Made by a program: the position numbers and the translations under genes. 64,000 nucleotides of DNA from Lama glama (Eukaryota), in NCBI GenBank assembly GCA_028534125.1, contig CM052817.1, forward strand, positions 63,490,001 to 63,554,000, written 5' to 3'. This document shows positions 11,946 through 26,149 of the stretch, piece by piece (the stretch's first letter is position 1; each line of letters begins with the position of its first letter). Under the pieces are notes generated by a model. The model had not been told where the DNA came from. It did not search any database and worked only from the letters and a program-made list of their open reading frames with translations.

Positions 11946-12727
11946 ATAAATGAATAGAGGAAAACAAATAATTTGGTTTGAATACCATGTTAAATGCTTT
12001 GGCAATGTCATGCAGACTCATATAGATGAGTGACATGATTAGACATTTTGCCAGAAAGAAAAAAACAAGACTCCTATAGAGTATTTTATTACAGTCTGAA
12101 GAATATTTCAGACAGTGCAGTGTCAATCTCTCTTTCATTGAAAGTCCAGATTTTTATATAAATATACCCATATGCTCTTTGCTAGATGTTGCTTGGATGT
12201 TGTGTTTTTATCACTATCCATAAATTAGCCACCCAGGGTCTAAAACAAACAGATGATAAGAAAGGAATAAAAAGGAGGGCCAAGTTTCTTTCTCTTGGGC
12301 ATCAACCTATAAAAAAAAAAAGAAAAGAAAAGGGAAAGAAAGTACCAAATCAAAAATTATTTGAATCTAAGGTTTTTCTATGCATTATGAAAACATAATC
12401 TCCTTTTAAATCACTGGATTCTGTAGTAAGAAAGGATGTGGGGAAAATCCTCACTTACCAGAGTCCACAGTTTTTACTAAACACAACGTTTTCTCATGGT
12501 CCCTTTTGTTTCAAGGGTATCTCAGAAATAACAATTTGACATAAATGGTCATATATGAAAATTGTAAAGAAAAGATTTACATATACATATGAGTATACAT
12601 TTATAACTTTATCTTTTTAAACGCATATAAATGAAATTCTATAATATATTGACCACTGGAAGCTGACTTAAAAAATGGCAGAGAGTACTTTTGCTAAAAT
12701 TGTGAAACATAAGTATAAAACCCCATC

Positions 12728-13234
12728 TTTGAGGAAAAACTTTTCCTCTACCATCATAAGTTAAGTTCTTGAGGGCCTGCAAATTAAATTGACAAAAGGC
12801 AGATAAGCAAGAAAAATAACAAATTTTAATCACCTATTTACATAAGGGAATTCACCAAGAAATGTGACTGGTTCGAATGCAGTGGTTAGAATTTAGAACA
12901 CATAGGTGAAAGGGATGGGGAGAAGAAGACGTATGGGAAAAAAAAAATGAAGAAAGGCACTTCTGGGAAAACAAATGACTTTTTGGTGAGCCCTTAGGAG
13001 AACAGACGGGACATAGGATAGTTTTGTGATAACTTCTTTTGGGTGTGCTGCTGACTTCTGTTTGCCTCTGGTGATAAGAATCAACTGTCCCAGGTTGCTT
13101 TCCAGGAGGGAATTTATGACAATAGAGTTCTTTTGAAGAAGGCTCTACTTTTAGGTAAATAAGGGGTTTCGGAAACTCTAATGCCTTCAGCTCAAAATAA
13201 CGTATGCTACAGTGGCATATTCTAGATCCCTTTA
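12728..13234 (-). mobile_element. Solo ERV1 LTR, MER34/MER39-like (same family as 4233-4750)
   Basis: Colinear similarity to 4233-4750 (gacaaaa.gcagat.agcaaga; gaatttatgaca; gccttcagctcaaaataa; atattct.ga.ccctt). Confidence 0.75.
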
Positions 13235-14524
13235 AGCAGAGAACAGAAAGATGTGTACAAGTTCTCAACAGGAAAGCAGAGACAATAGGATCCTCACTCT
13301 GTGCTGAGCACACTAAGGCTGAGAAGAAGAATCTTTCTGTGCTTTCACTTTGAAACTAGGTGGCTACCACGTCCAGTGGAGCGTCTAAGGATAGACAGAT
13401 CTCACCGCCAAGGTTTAACTCAGAGATTAATGGACTAGGAGCTTTTGCCCTTGTCCCTCTCCTCTTTCTTTTCTCTTTGCTTTTTGTAGGAAAGAATTAT
13501 AAACAGCTTAAATTAGTCAAAACCCTCTTTGCTTCGGTTATTTTCTAACTACCTCTGCAGATAAAAAAAAGATCTACTCCTGATAGTTAAGGAATTTTAA
13601 TTAGGACTTTGAAATCCAAACACAACAACAGCTCTGTGTGTGATTAAAAACTAAGGAGACCAGGGAGAACCCAGGGTGTGCGCAGTGAGCCTGGGTCTCT
13701 GAGATCGGAGAGTGATGGAAGACCTGGAGTGAGCCACCCCTCCTTGTGGCAAGAGGAGGGGGGCCTTCAGTGGCTCCAGAGCCAGTGCCGGGTAGCGGGA
13801 AGCGTGCAGTGCCCGCGTGACCTTCCCGCCTCACAGGCTGATTGATACCCTTACCATCGAACATTCTTTTAAATTATTTGTACTGAATATAGGTAATGCA
13901 AATCATAATCTGAAGGGATTTTTTTCTATAAAAATATTAAAAATGCGTTTGTCTTTCTTTAATGGACCATTGCCATCTTGCTCTCTGTATTTCTATCATA
14001 AATTCTGTGGTTGTAGCTTCTATTCACTTCTTTTCTATTTTTTACTCACTTTTATGTACAGTTGAGAGGTTTTAAAGGCACTCTCATTTGCTGAATATAA
14101 AAACTGAAGTGTAACTGAAATCCTTAGAAGAGCAAACTATGTCTGTCACGCACCATTACCTTCTACATTGTTTGTGATTACTGGGCTTGAACGTAACAAA
14201 AGGCTTCGTTAGAAACCAAGGGCAGGATCCCACCTTTTTGAAAGAATCTATTAAACAAAACAAAACCCATGAGATTTGGGGGAAAAAAACAAAGAAAGAA
14301 ACACCTGACCCATTTTTAGCATGCTAAAATAAGCCACCAGCACCATCTATCAGGAGATTTCAGACTATGGCACTAGCACAAAGACTTCATCCAAATGGAA
14401 AGGCGATTTGAGTTGAACCGTTGGGATGCCTCAGCCTTTAAGTAATTCATTAGTTTAATTAATTCATCAATTATGGCCCAGTTCAAACTTAAAAACTTTC
14501 CTTATATGCAAAATATACAAAAAT

Positions 14525-14620
14525 ACATGTGCATGTGTGCATGTATATATGTGTGTGTGTGTGTGTATATATCTACATGCTATAGAGTGGGGCAAACACA
14601 AACACACACAAACACAATTA
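14525..14620. repeat. (TG)n/(CA)n/CATG-rich microsatellite
   Basis: catgtgcatgtgtgcatgtatatat(gt)n followed by caaacacaaacacacacaaacac. Confidence 0.8.
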
Positions 14621-17600
14621 AGCCACATTAAGGTGAGTCTAAAAACACATATTATACAGACTTTTTCACATGTTAGGTAGGGCTGTTAGATTTTTAATGA
14701 CAACAAAGAAACTATGATCAGTTATAAGATTTACAGTGGCCAAATATTTATGAACCTATTTCAGTTAAAGCATTACCTCTATTTTGAACAAATAAATAAC
14801 TTTATAGAGCCCATGACAGATCAGAGTTGCGCTCTGATTGTATCATCCAGCATATCCAGCAAGTTTTTATGTACTACCATTGAAATAGGAAAGTAGTGAC
14901 TTAAAATTAACATAAGAATTACTGAAGATGACCATGAATGGCCTAGCTGTCATCACAAATTCTAGAACTCTGATGATTGCGGTCTTTACGTGAGTTCCTT
15001 TCAGAAAATAAGGTTTTGCAAAAAGAGAGTGTATAATACATGCATATAATTGTTTAACTTGTAATCTGGATTAAAAAATAGAATGACAGCAGGTTTTGTT
15101 CTTTTTTTTGGTTTGTTTTTACTAGTAAAACTTGTTGGTATTATTGGTTACATACTTCTACCTTCCTCAGCAATTTTCTCTAAATGTTCAGTTTGCACTT
15201 ATCCAATCAAATGAACACACAGCAGGAGTGACTTTATAAAAATGATCCTTCACCCAGTCCCTTATGTTATCCTGGCCCATGTCAGTGTTTTGAAGGTATG
15301 ATTTTAGGTGGCAAGAAATAAGTGAAAACACTGAAACTCCAAGCCAAAGCATTTTATTCATTCTATGTATGAACTTACTCTTGTCATAACTACCCCCAGC
15401 ATTTGGGGAAGAGGTGCAAATTAGGACTATAATCCCAAGAGTTGTGCTCTTAATATAGATATCCGTAGCAGCTACAACATCTATTGTAGAAGCTGGTTAG
15501 AATCAGCACTACTTAGTTTTAAAGAAAGATCAAAATGGTCTTTATTGTCTTGCTTTGGTTCTGTATTAAAAGTGAGATATTTTATTCAGCAGTTTTCCAT
15601 CTTGTTTTGACACAACCAGACTCATGATGGGTGATGGACAGGTGGATGATTGAGTTGTTTTTGAGATAAGAACTGCTTAGCGGAAGAGTTGTGGAGCAAA
15701 GCACCAATAAAACCATCTACAAAGAATAATGGACAGTGATGACAGAGCTATAAGCACAGCAGGAGACAGTTTTAGTTCCTTTCCTGTCTGCACTTTCCTC
15801 TGCATTAGCAAGGGTTGGGTCAACACCTGCAGTATAATGCACTTTAAATCTCATGCAAGATCACCCTGCTCAAGAGAAAAAGGTTCTATCAGATTTGCCT
15901 TCAACTTTGTGGAGCCTTTGTGATTGTGTCACTACCTAACAAAACACATAGGTCTGGGCATCACAAGAAGAGATAAGCCAAACTATGACAAATTCTTAGC
16001 ATCTGGTAATCCCAACCTATTTACATATAGAGATTAAAAGATCTAATCAAAATGAGAGAACCTTACTTCTCCCTTAACAGCAAACAGAAAAAGTGCCGAG
16101 TGGACACACTTTTAATTTCTAAATCCTAATTTTAGTTTCATCTCCACATTCCCAAGTTATTGAAGAGAGAAGAGTAATCAGAGTACAGGAGAAACCCTGG
16201 CTTGAGCCTCAGCTGCTGGTGCTCTTAGGCAAAATTGGAAATTTGAAGAGAAGCCTAATTTTATGAGACTAAAAATTTCCTGGGAAATAACTCAGGCTGA
16301 GAGATACTAACAAAACCTCTTTCTTTGGAGGGCAAGAGCAAAGAAAGTCAGTCATTAAGATTGTCCCAATGGATATGTCGCTGAGTGAATATTTCATAAA
16401 TTGAAACCAGAAATTCTGCTTTGCTAAGAATTCTACAAGACACAGACAAACCATCATGGGATGTAAGAGTTTCCTGGGCTGGTTTTATTTGTTACTTCTT
16501 CAAACAGGTTTAAAACATTTTTACATTCAGTGTCCAGTTAATGAGGGCAATGAGAAATTGATTTGCTCTTTAATTATGTAAAAAACAAAAGGTTCACTTA
16601 TTACTTCATTTCCATTGTCTGAATCAGACCTGGCATTCTAGAAGTAGTTTACAAACCATCTCCGTTTTCTTTTGTACTTGTTCTTTTTCGGCATTATTGT
16701 GATTTTTCAAAACTTTTAGGAGGCACATTAAGCCATTTACAACTTAGATAATAAAAGAAAAAAATTAGTGTCAGTAAACAGCTCCATGCCATGTATTATT
16801 ATTTTTAAGTTTTCAGTTAACTGTGATCACTGGCTTTCAACTAAGAAAGGTACTTGACCTTGTGAAAAGAATCAACTGAAACAGATCTGTGTTAGCAAGG
16901 AGTTGCTGCTGTTGCTGCATTGTGATGCCATTTGGATCACTTTTATCAAATTCCAGCCAATGGTTCAGTACATTTCACAGGGAGTAAATATCATAAGATA
17001 CCAGTAATGTTTCATTTCTCTTACATGCAGGTAGCAGAGTTACACCCTGGTTGGCCTGCTCCTTTCTCAGACTCTTCTCCAAGACAGAGTAGTACCATCT
17101 GAAGACGCTCTATGTTAGAGCAACCTTTTAAGATGAGACCAGTTAATCCCCAACTTTGCCTTAGAGCCCTACACAGGGTTAGGGGCTATCTAACCTATTA
17201 GATATTCCATTTTCCTATTAGATGTCCCATTTCTCACGTTTACATGAGTTTCTTCCTCTAGCCTCTCTGTCCTTCCTTCAGTTCCAGTTCCTCCTCTCCA
17301 TGGAAAAAGGACTGACTGATTTGATTGGTGAGATGAGGAGGATTTGGTGCCCATTATTCCACTAGTCTGTGTTCCTCCATTGGTTAGCAGCCCATGCCCT
17401 GGGCCTCACTCTGTGTCCCTGCTCTCAGAGCCCTGTGGGTATGAGACTCTGGTTGTCCCTTGCTGCTTATCTGTGTAAACAACCTGCAAACCCTGTATTT
17501 CTAAAAGAAGTTTTCCCAGATCTCAACTCAGGCAACAGCTATTAGGAAGTCCGTGCACAGTCACAAAGCCAAGCTGTCTTTTCTAATCCACTTCCAGTGA

Positions 17601-17957
17601 TGATTAAGCTGGTATTTTAATCCATATTTATCAAGCTCCTGTGTGTTTTTCATCTGATTTTAAACTTGAGGAGGAGGGGAAGTGTATGCTATATTGGCTC
17701 TATTTAAACTCCCAATTCACAGGTCTGCCACCTCCAAAGCTCCAGGGTATTGTCCCCAGAGAAGATAATGGACCCGACAGGTTCCCAGGACCTCACACAG
17801 GGAGACTATGGCAGGAGAAAAGGTAAGAAACTGTGGGTGACATTTGGCAGTTGATTGAAAATGTTTATGAGCATGTGAAAGACATTCCTTGGAAGCTCAC
17901 AGAAACACTCAGAGGAGAAAATTCAGGAGGAGGCGTGGTGAGCTTGTGAACTGTGGG

Positions 17958-17986
17958 TTCAAGCCATTCAAGCCATTCAAGCCATT
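17958..17986. repeat. 9-bp tandem repeat (TTCAAGCCA)x3
   Basis: Three perfect copies read directly. Confidence 0.95.
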
Positions 17987-18139
17987 ATTATATTTGGGAT
18001 TTCAGACTAGTGAAACCTGGGGAAATTTAGGTTACCTGTACGTACATCAAATAAGTTGTTAAAAGCAACGTATTTGTTTAAAGTACTTTGCTTTGGATTA
18101 TATAATTTAACTGTAAGAATATGTCTGTGGTAGACAAGA

Positions 18140-18260
18140 TAACCATAACTTCTCTATTTCACATGTACGAAACTGAGGCATGGAAGGCTATGAAATTGCC
18201 CTATGTTATATAGCTGGCAAAGAGTGGAGAGGAATTTTAAAATATGTGTGTTCTCTCATT
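18140..18260 (-). mobile_element. MIR fragment
   Basis: ctatttcacatgtacgaaactgaggcatggaagg..tgccctatgttatatagct. Confidence 0.65.
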
Positions 18261-18410
18261 TATAGAAAGATTCAATAATACATTCTGTAGAATTTATCAA
18301 GCCTACAAATTCTCCATCAGAGAAGTATTTGTACAAAATTTTACAGGAATACAGAGTTATTTAAATGTAACTGGCTTCAAAAATAGAGAAATCGTTTAGG
18401 GCTTAGTGAT

Positions 18411-18932
18411 TGTGATGGACAGACTTTAAGATGGTTCCCAGTGATCCCTGCCTCCTGGTAATCACACCTTTGTGTAGTCATCTCCCTTTGAGTGTGGATG
18501 GCACCTGCAACCTGCCTCTAGTAAACAGGATACAGCAATGATGTTGGGTGTGACTTCTGTTATTATATGACACAGGGTTGTAGTTTCCATTTTCTAGCAG
18601 ACTCCCATTATTGGCTGTGTCTCTTGCTGGCTTTTATGAAACAAACTGCCATGTGAAAAGTCCTACATGGCAAGAAACTGAGGAAGACCACCAGTCAACA
18701 GCCAGCAAGGAACTGAATCCTGCCAATAACCATGTGAGCCTCAAAGTGGATCCTTCCTCAGTCCAGCCTCAGATGAAACCCCATCCCTGATGGACACCTT
18801 GATTGCAGCCTTGTGATACGCTAAAGCAGAGGCCTCAGCAAAGCCATGCCACAGAAACAATTAGGAAATAAATGTGTTGGTTTAAGCTGCTAAATTTGTG
18901 ATAAAGTATTATGCAGTAATAGTAATTAAAAT
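18411..18932 (+). mobile_element. MaLR solo LTR (MLT1E/F-like)
   Basis: tgtgatggacagactttaagatggttccccagtgatccctgcctcctggt..ataaatgtgttggtttaagctgctaaatttgtg. Confidence 0.85.
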
Positions 18933-20984
18933 AATAATTTATCTATTTTCTTTTCAATAAAACAAGAATCCTCCTGTAGGTTAAAGCTATAAGCTGACCT
19001 AATAACTATGTTTGCTGTTATCCCCCTGTTTCATATGCTACCCTAACTTTTACCAGGTAATAGAATGAGTACTTGTGCCTGGTGATCTTGTACAGCAGAC
19101 GTAGTCGTCTTATTGTGTTAATCTCTTACCTCCCTGGCAGAATTTAATGCTCAGCTGTCTACTACCAGGCACTGCAAGGCCAAAATCATTTATTATAGAT
19201 TGTTTAAGAATATTTCTGTATTAACAGGTCCTTGTGGCATAAACATTAATTGAAAGCATAACTCAATCTCAAGGTACCTTATGGAACATTTATCGTGAAT
19301 AGCTTTACCAAAGCCTGGAAACAAGTGATCAGAATTCTCCTCTGATGATGTATGCAGCCCAGGACTGTTGTGACAGATGAGGGAAAGAAGGGAAAGAAGA
19401 AAAAGATATCAATCTCCTTATATTATTCCCAGGCAACTTTTCATTTGGGGCATCTATTTTATTAAATGTCTTTTATTCCTCTTGTTTTCGTGCAAGAAGT
19501 GGAAATGAGAAAGAAATTGGTTTAATCATTTTCTGAGAAATCAGCTAAATTCTAATGTTTGATCACATGCAGTTGCAAAAATGTCAAGCGCATTTCCATT
19601 TAGAGTGCTTGCTTAAACAGCCGTGCAAAATGGGGAACACCCGAAAATCAGCATATATCATAAGAGAGTTTTGATTTTTTTCCAGGACACACTTGCATTA
19701 ATCCACTCTGTTACTCTTGAAAATAATGCATTTTTCCAGCACATCATTCCTTAAATGAGGGTGATCCATCACCACTGGAGATTCACCAGTGAGGCGCATT
19801 AATAAAAGCAGACAGCTTCAGTTGTGTTTTCTTTGGGAAGGTTTGCTCCTCATGAGTACATTTGGCTGCTTATGCCAAAAATCCAACCCAGATGTTTCTG
19901 CCACTTCTATTTTCCTTTCTAGGACATTTCCCTCGATAATAGTCTATCACAATTCAGTCTACTCTTCATTAAGGAGCTGTTCATCACAAAATATTCTGCG
20001 TGACGTAGTGGGATGGAATTTTTCTCCCCTCTTCTGAAAACTGAAGAATTAAAAGTGTGGTACTAGACATCCTATTCTATGATTAACTCAGACTATTATG
20101 TGATTAAAACACACATTCAAACATCCATTTGAAGAATCATCAATGAGGCTCAGATGTGGAGTTTAAACAAATTTCACATTTTTATCGCATGGTTTTCAAA
20201 TCTTAAATATTTCTGGATCATTTGCTTCTTGCAAATGGGTAATAATGTGCTATATGGGAGAACTGAATATTTAAATTTCAGTATTTAATTAGATTAAGAA
20301 TTAGCTAAGTGATGTTTTATTCAATGAGAAATTATATGGTATTTCTTGTCCTAATCAAAACCCATTTTTTTCATTCCAAAATATCTGTATAAGTACATCA
20401 CATGTTCAGGCAGTACCACTGATTTTGCAGTTTAATCTTTAAATCACACACTATATTTTAGAATCTAGACATTCTGTAGGGTGGGGTGAATTCTCCAGCA
20501 TAGCTACATTTTAACTTTAATGAAAAGATTTCATTTTCTCTGAGTATTCATTCTGACAATTCCATACTTCAGCTATATATAATGATTGAAATGAATGTCT
20601 ATGCTTATAGTGTTGCATCAAATATCTACTCACCTCAATAATACTGAAAGTAAAAATGTCTTAATCTATAAATTAATAAATAATCAGCACTCAATTATAT
20701 GTTTATGAAATTTAGAGAAATATAAAAATATAACAATAAGATACATAGAATCTCCCTAGAACATACCACCTTTTTTTTATGTTATTCTTAGTAAATAGAT
20801 TCAAAGGAATTCAATCAAGTAAAGACAATTGATGAAACATGTGTTGATTAATCATAGCAATATACTTCCATGGTAGATCTATGAGGCCATGCATTATTTG
20901 AAACATAATTTACAAAATATTCTCAGTAGAAATAGTGTTGAGTATCTAATTGTGTGAAGTTGCCAAAAGATGGGGAGGAATTTA

Positions 20985-21640
20985 TTTTTTTCTTCCAGTT
21001 TTATTGAGATATAACTGACATACAGCAACTGTATAAACTTCAGGTGCACAGCATAATGGTTTGTGTGACAAACCAGCACACAAATCAGCATAAGCTGATT
21101 GTCACAATAAGTTTAATGAACATCCATCATCCCATATAGTTAAAAATAAAAGAAAAAGAAAAAATTTTTTCCTTGTTGTGAGAAGTCTTAAAGTTTACCC
21201 TCTTAATTTTCATATACAACACACAACAGTGTTAATAATATTTATCATGTTGTATGTTACAGCCCTAGTACTTATTTGTCTTATAACTAGAAATTTGTAC
21301 CTTTTGATTGTCTTCATCCAGTTCCCCCTCCACCCACCCCTGCCTCAGGTAACCACAAATCTGATCTCTTTTTCTATGAGTGTGTTTGCTTGTTTGTTTG
21401 TTTTTAAAGAATAATTGATGTACACCACTATGGTAGTTTCCAGTACACAACATAATGATTTGATATTTCTATACATTATAAAATGATCATGATCAGTCTA
21501 GTTACTATCTGCCACCATACAAAGATATTACATTATTATTGACTATATTCCCCTCACTGTATGTTTCATCCCTCTGACTCATTTATTTTGCAGCTGGAAG
21601 TTTGTTACTCTTCCTCTTCCTCACCTATTTCACTCATCAG
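20985..21640 (-). mobile_element. L1 3' UTR fragment (L1MA-like)
   Basis: ttttattgagatataactgacatacagc..; taaccacaaatctgatctctttttctatgag; tcatttattttgcagctggaagtttg. Confidence 0.85.
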
Positions 21641-22049
21641 GTTTTAAAAGAGAAGAATGTTACCATAAGACCCAGACTTAAGATCAGGAAGAGTCATATG
21701 TCCTCATATAAAGAAAAGCTGGCCTAAAGAAAGAAAGAATACATTCCAACCAATTGAGGAAGTCCACACGAGAAAATCTACTAAATAAATGAGTTGGAAT
21801 GTTCAAAGGCAAATGCTTAGTATGAAAGGGAACATGTTGTGAAACAAAGGAGGCCCCTGGGAACAAATAAACTCGTGTACTTGGTTTTTCCCTCCAATTT
21901 CCTGAGGTTGGATATGAATTTCATAATGTCTCAGAGCACCAAAGTTCAAATTAGTAATACTAAATTTTTTATCAAGGTAGAAGTTACTACAATATACTGA
22001 ATATAGTTCTCTGTGCATATAAACTTTTTTATCTCTTTTATATATAGTA

Positions 22050-24960
22050 ATACTAGTTTTTAATCACCACTAGAGTTATTCTCTAGAAGGTGACAAGCAA
22101 GTGTCACTCTATCCAAACAACTAGAACATCCTGGTTAAGCTACAAAATCAGGGTTTAAGAAATCAGAGAATTGAGTATGTAAAGGAACAAAAAATGAACT
22201 AAAATCCTGAAAGTTATGAGCACTTGTGCACCTGATTTCACTACTAACAAAGATAGAAGAAGAGAAATATTTCAGAAATAAGTGCAAGACATGTAGAAAT
22301 CTGAGCAACTTTTAATTAACTTTCCACATCAGGACATAGATCAATATGATGGATGAGAATCAAAAGCATCTCAGCCGCACAGTGAGTCTGCACCCATTCA
22401 CTCAATCTTTCCCCAAGAATTAATCCATGATGGGGTACACTGAAGCCTGGAGACAAAGCGGCAGAGTTGAGAGAGATACCACTCAAGGTACCTGGGCCTT
22501 TTCCAAAGGCAAAGCAGCTATCTGCTGAGAGCTGGGTCTAGGAGGGAGTAATGAGAGAAATTCAGAGGTTCTCTGGGCTTTTGTCAACTACATAGAAGCA
22601 GCATGCCAAAGGCTGAGGACAGGACAGGAGAACAGAGAGAAATCCCTCTGAGAAACTCTGGCCCTTCACCAAGTATACTGCAGTAGTACAGAAGCCTAAG
22701 TAGGCTGGGCTGCAGGACAGAGAGATTTCCCAAGGAGTAGGACCAGAGAGCAAAGGGAACTTCCAAATGGCCCAGAAAGCTGGAAGCTGGATGTTAATGA
22801 AAAAGAGATTAGCAGACTCTTTCCAGTGCTCAAGATCCCAAGCCTTTCTAAAGGGAAGCATTTTAAGTCAGATCTTCAAAGTATTTTAAGTCAGTGATGA
22901 ACTGAATTTAACTAAAACTGCAAGAAAACTCCAATATAGATTAGGCTGAGTTAGCCCTCATCACAAATGGCTGATGTTAGACGGCCATTTGTCTTTATGG
23001 AGATAAATATTATTTACTTTGGTCTCTTATGTACAAAGTCTGTCATATAAATAATAATAATAATGAAGACAAATAAGCTATATGACCTTTGATGAAGAGA
23101 GGAAATAATCAATGGAAACAGAACTAGAATTGGCCGTGATGCTAGCTAGCATTATCTATCAGACAGCAACTTTAAAATAACTGGAAAAAATATGCCTAGT
23201 GGAAAAGGCATGTACAGATGACGAATTTTAGCAGAGAGGTGGACATTATAAAAATGAAGAAAATGAAATATGCAATGTCAGAAATAATTTTTTCTACGGG
23301 ATTAACAGAAGACCAGACACAACAAAAGAATCAATGAATTTGAAGACCTGTCAACAGAAATTACGTAAAGTGTAACCCAAAAAGGGGGAAAATGGCACAG
23401 AACACCTGAGGCCTGTGGAACAATATTAAATGGTAGGGCATTTTATGTGTAATTGAGGTCCCAGAAGATGAGAAAATAGAATCTGGGCCAGAAGAACTAT
23501 TTGAAAAAACTATTGCTGAGGTTTTTTTTTTACTCAAATTGATAAACTATATCAACCCATAGATTGAGAAAGCTCAACAAACTCAAGCAGTGTAAATGCA
23601 AAGAAAACCATAACTGGTTTCATCATTCACAAACTGATGAAAACTAAGTATAAAAGAAACAGCTAAAGAAAAAAGAATCATTACATGGAGATATATTGGT
23701 AGCTGACCTCTCAGAAACAATGAGAACCAAATACAATTGAATGACATCTTTAAGTGCTAGGGGGAAGAAGAACCATCAAAATGGAATTCCGTATCAAGTG
23801 AAAATACTCTTCAAAAATGAAGTCAAAAAAAGACATTTTCAGACAGACAGAAGCCAAGCAAATTCACTGCTAGCAAACCTGTACTGGACGGAATATTAAT
23901 AACCTTCAGGAATCAACACCATAGGGAAGTCAGATATGAAGGAACCATTAAGGGCACCAGATAGTGTAAATATGGGTAAATATAAAATATCTTTTTACTT
24001 TAATTACATTCACACATAAAAATTTATCTTTAAATTTTTTTAAAAAATTGAAGTACAGTCAGTTAGAATGTGTCAATCTCTGGTGTACAGCACAATGTCC
24101 CAGTCATGCATATACATACATATATTTGTTTTCATATTTTTATCCTTAAATGTTTTAAAAAGAATATTGGCTTATTAAAGCAATATGTTTCTAGCATATA
24201 TAGAAGTAAAATATATTACAATAAGAGCATGGAATTATACCATTGTACTTTTTAGCATTGTTATTGAAGTAGTATAAACGGGAACAAATGTGAAGATTAT
24301 AGACAAACTCAACCATAATATATTAAATTAAAATGAGTTTGATTATATGCTGTTCCAAGAAACACAGTTTAAATAGTAACAAAGATACTGAAAATAAAAG
24401 CATAAAAAGATCCACATACAAACACTAAGCACAAGGAAGCTGCCATGGTTATATTAACAAAATGGTGATTTTCACTAAAGACATTTCATAATGATAAAAG
24501 AGTACACTCATTAAGAAGAGCTAGCAAATTTAAATTTATAATTACATAAGAACAAAACTTTCAAATATCTGAAGCACAACTTAAACACTAAAGGAAGAAA
24601 TAGACTAAATTCATATACAGTTGGATATTTTAAGACCCTTTCCTCAGGAGTTGAAAAGACAAGCAGAAAAAAATGTCAGTAACATTATAGAAGACTTGAA
24701 CAAGAGTATCAACGTCGTTGGCCTGATTGTTATTTGTAGAGCACCATATCAACAGCAACAGATACACACTTTTTCTGTAAGCACACATAGAATATTCATC
24801 AAGAAAAACAATACGCTTGGGGCATAAAATGAATCTCAATAAATTTCAAAGGATCAAAACAATACAGACTAGTGTTTCTGACCATGATAATGTTAACTAA
24901 AAATTAATAACAATGTATCTCAAAAAATCAGAAAATATTTGGAAATAACACTTTTCAATG
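22050..24960 (+). mobile_element. Ancient L1 (L1M/L1ME-type) 5' portion: 5' UTR, decayed ORF1, start of ORF2
   Basis: A-rich ORF1-like tract (gaatcaatgaatttgaagac; agattgagaaagctcaacaaac; aaagacattttcagac) then ORF2-like (tatagaagacttgaacaa; ctcaataaatttcaaagg). Boundaries approximate. Confidence 0.75.
24040..24140 (-). mobile_element. ~100-bp 5'-truncated camelid-type L1 3' end nested in older L1
   Basis: ttgaagtacagtcagttagaatgtgtcaatctctggtgtacagcacaatg; ~15-bp TSD tatctttaaattttt (24025) / tatccttaaatgttt (24141). Confidence 0.8.
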
Positions 24961-26149
24961 GCCCGTTGTCAAGATGCAGAACTAGATCAGACTGGCAAGC
25001 TTCAGATGCTATTAGGAAACAAGATTTTGGGTATATAGCTGTATAGTTGAGTGGACCTTCCTTTAAAAGCACAAGGAAATGATTAGACCTTCTAATGTGA
25101 AACAGAAATGTTCTTATATGTTTCATGATCACTTACAGGTTAATTAATACTTTTTGGTGCCTTGATTAACTATTTGTCTGAAATACTCTGGAATATTCTT
25201 TTATAATTACTTCCCATCTCCCCTATTTTATTCTTCATCCTCAGTAAAACAATGTATAGCATTACCAGAACAGAATGGGCAGCAAGTGGCTAATTCATTT
25301 AGTTCCCCCAGAAGTCCACAATGCTATAGTTATCATTCTAAGAACAGAAAGTTTGTAAGGGAACGTAGGCACCAGGAATGAATGTTATTAATGTAGTCAA
25401 CTCATGATCACACTTGTAATTTAAATAATAGAATGTTGACATAGTTAAAAAATAAGTTCTCTAATATTAAACATAATAAAACAAGACAAACGAATGTAAA
25501 GAATGACATATTATGCAAAAATGAAACATAAAAGCCATAATGATTATTCAGTAAGTGCAGCTGCATGAAATTAATGTGCATAAAAATATTTTACTCTGAT
25601 GTCTCTTTAGACTTGATGAAAATTGGTAAAGTATACAAAAGTCAAAAGATTTTACATCTGACTGTAATACCTGCATCTATAGAATGATATCTGATCACAA
25701 ATATTTTGTGTTAAATTACTAGTAAGTATTGGGCCTATTTTGCATAAGTAATAAATTGTCTCCTTTATTTGGAAGTTGTTTTTACTCTTCAGATTGCTTC
25801 TGTAATCAAAGTAAACTTGCTGTTCTATTTTATAAAAGTAATGCATGGATATTATTATATATATCATATATAGAAATGTCTAAACTGAAGAATTGTATAA
25901 AGGAGAAAATGAAGTTGTTCCTTAAATCACCCTTCACTGTTCAACAGTCAGTAAATATTCATTCAGACTTGTTTATGTACATAAACAAAAATTGGAAATA
26001 TATATGTATATATGTGTATTAAACATTCATAAATGTTCATATAACTATAAATACATATATACACATATTATCCTATAATCTGATTTATTCACATAATTAT
26101 GCAATGTAGTTGTATTTCAAAATGTAATATAGGTAATAAAATCCAATGT

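Noticed and set aside
4233..13234. Two same-orientation MER34-like LTRs 8.5 kb apart as one provirus
   Set aside because: The first has its own TSD, the copies are clearly diverged, and the interval holds older MIR/L2 and unique DNA rather than gag/pol/env.
17000..17520. Possible additional old LTR with a 20-bp tandem duplication at 17194-17233
   Set aside because: No termini, TSD or family could be established by eye.
17598..17657. Box C/D snoRNA (GTGATGA..CTGA)
   Set aside because: No terminal stem and no recognisable rRNA antisense element; motif pair expected by chance.
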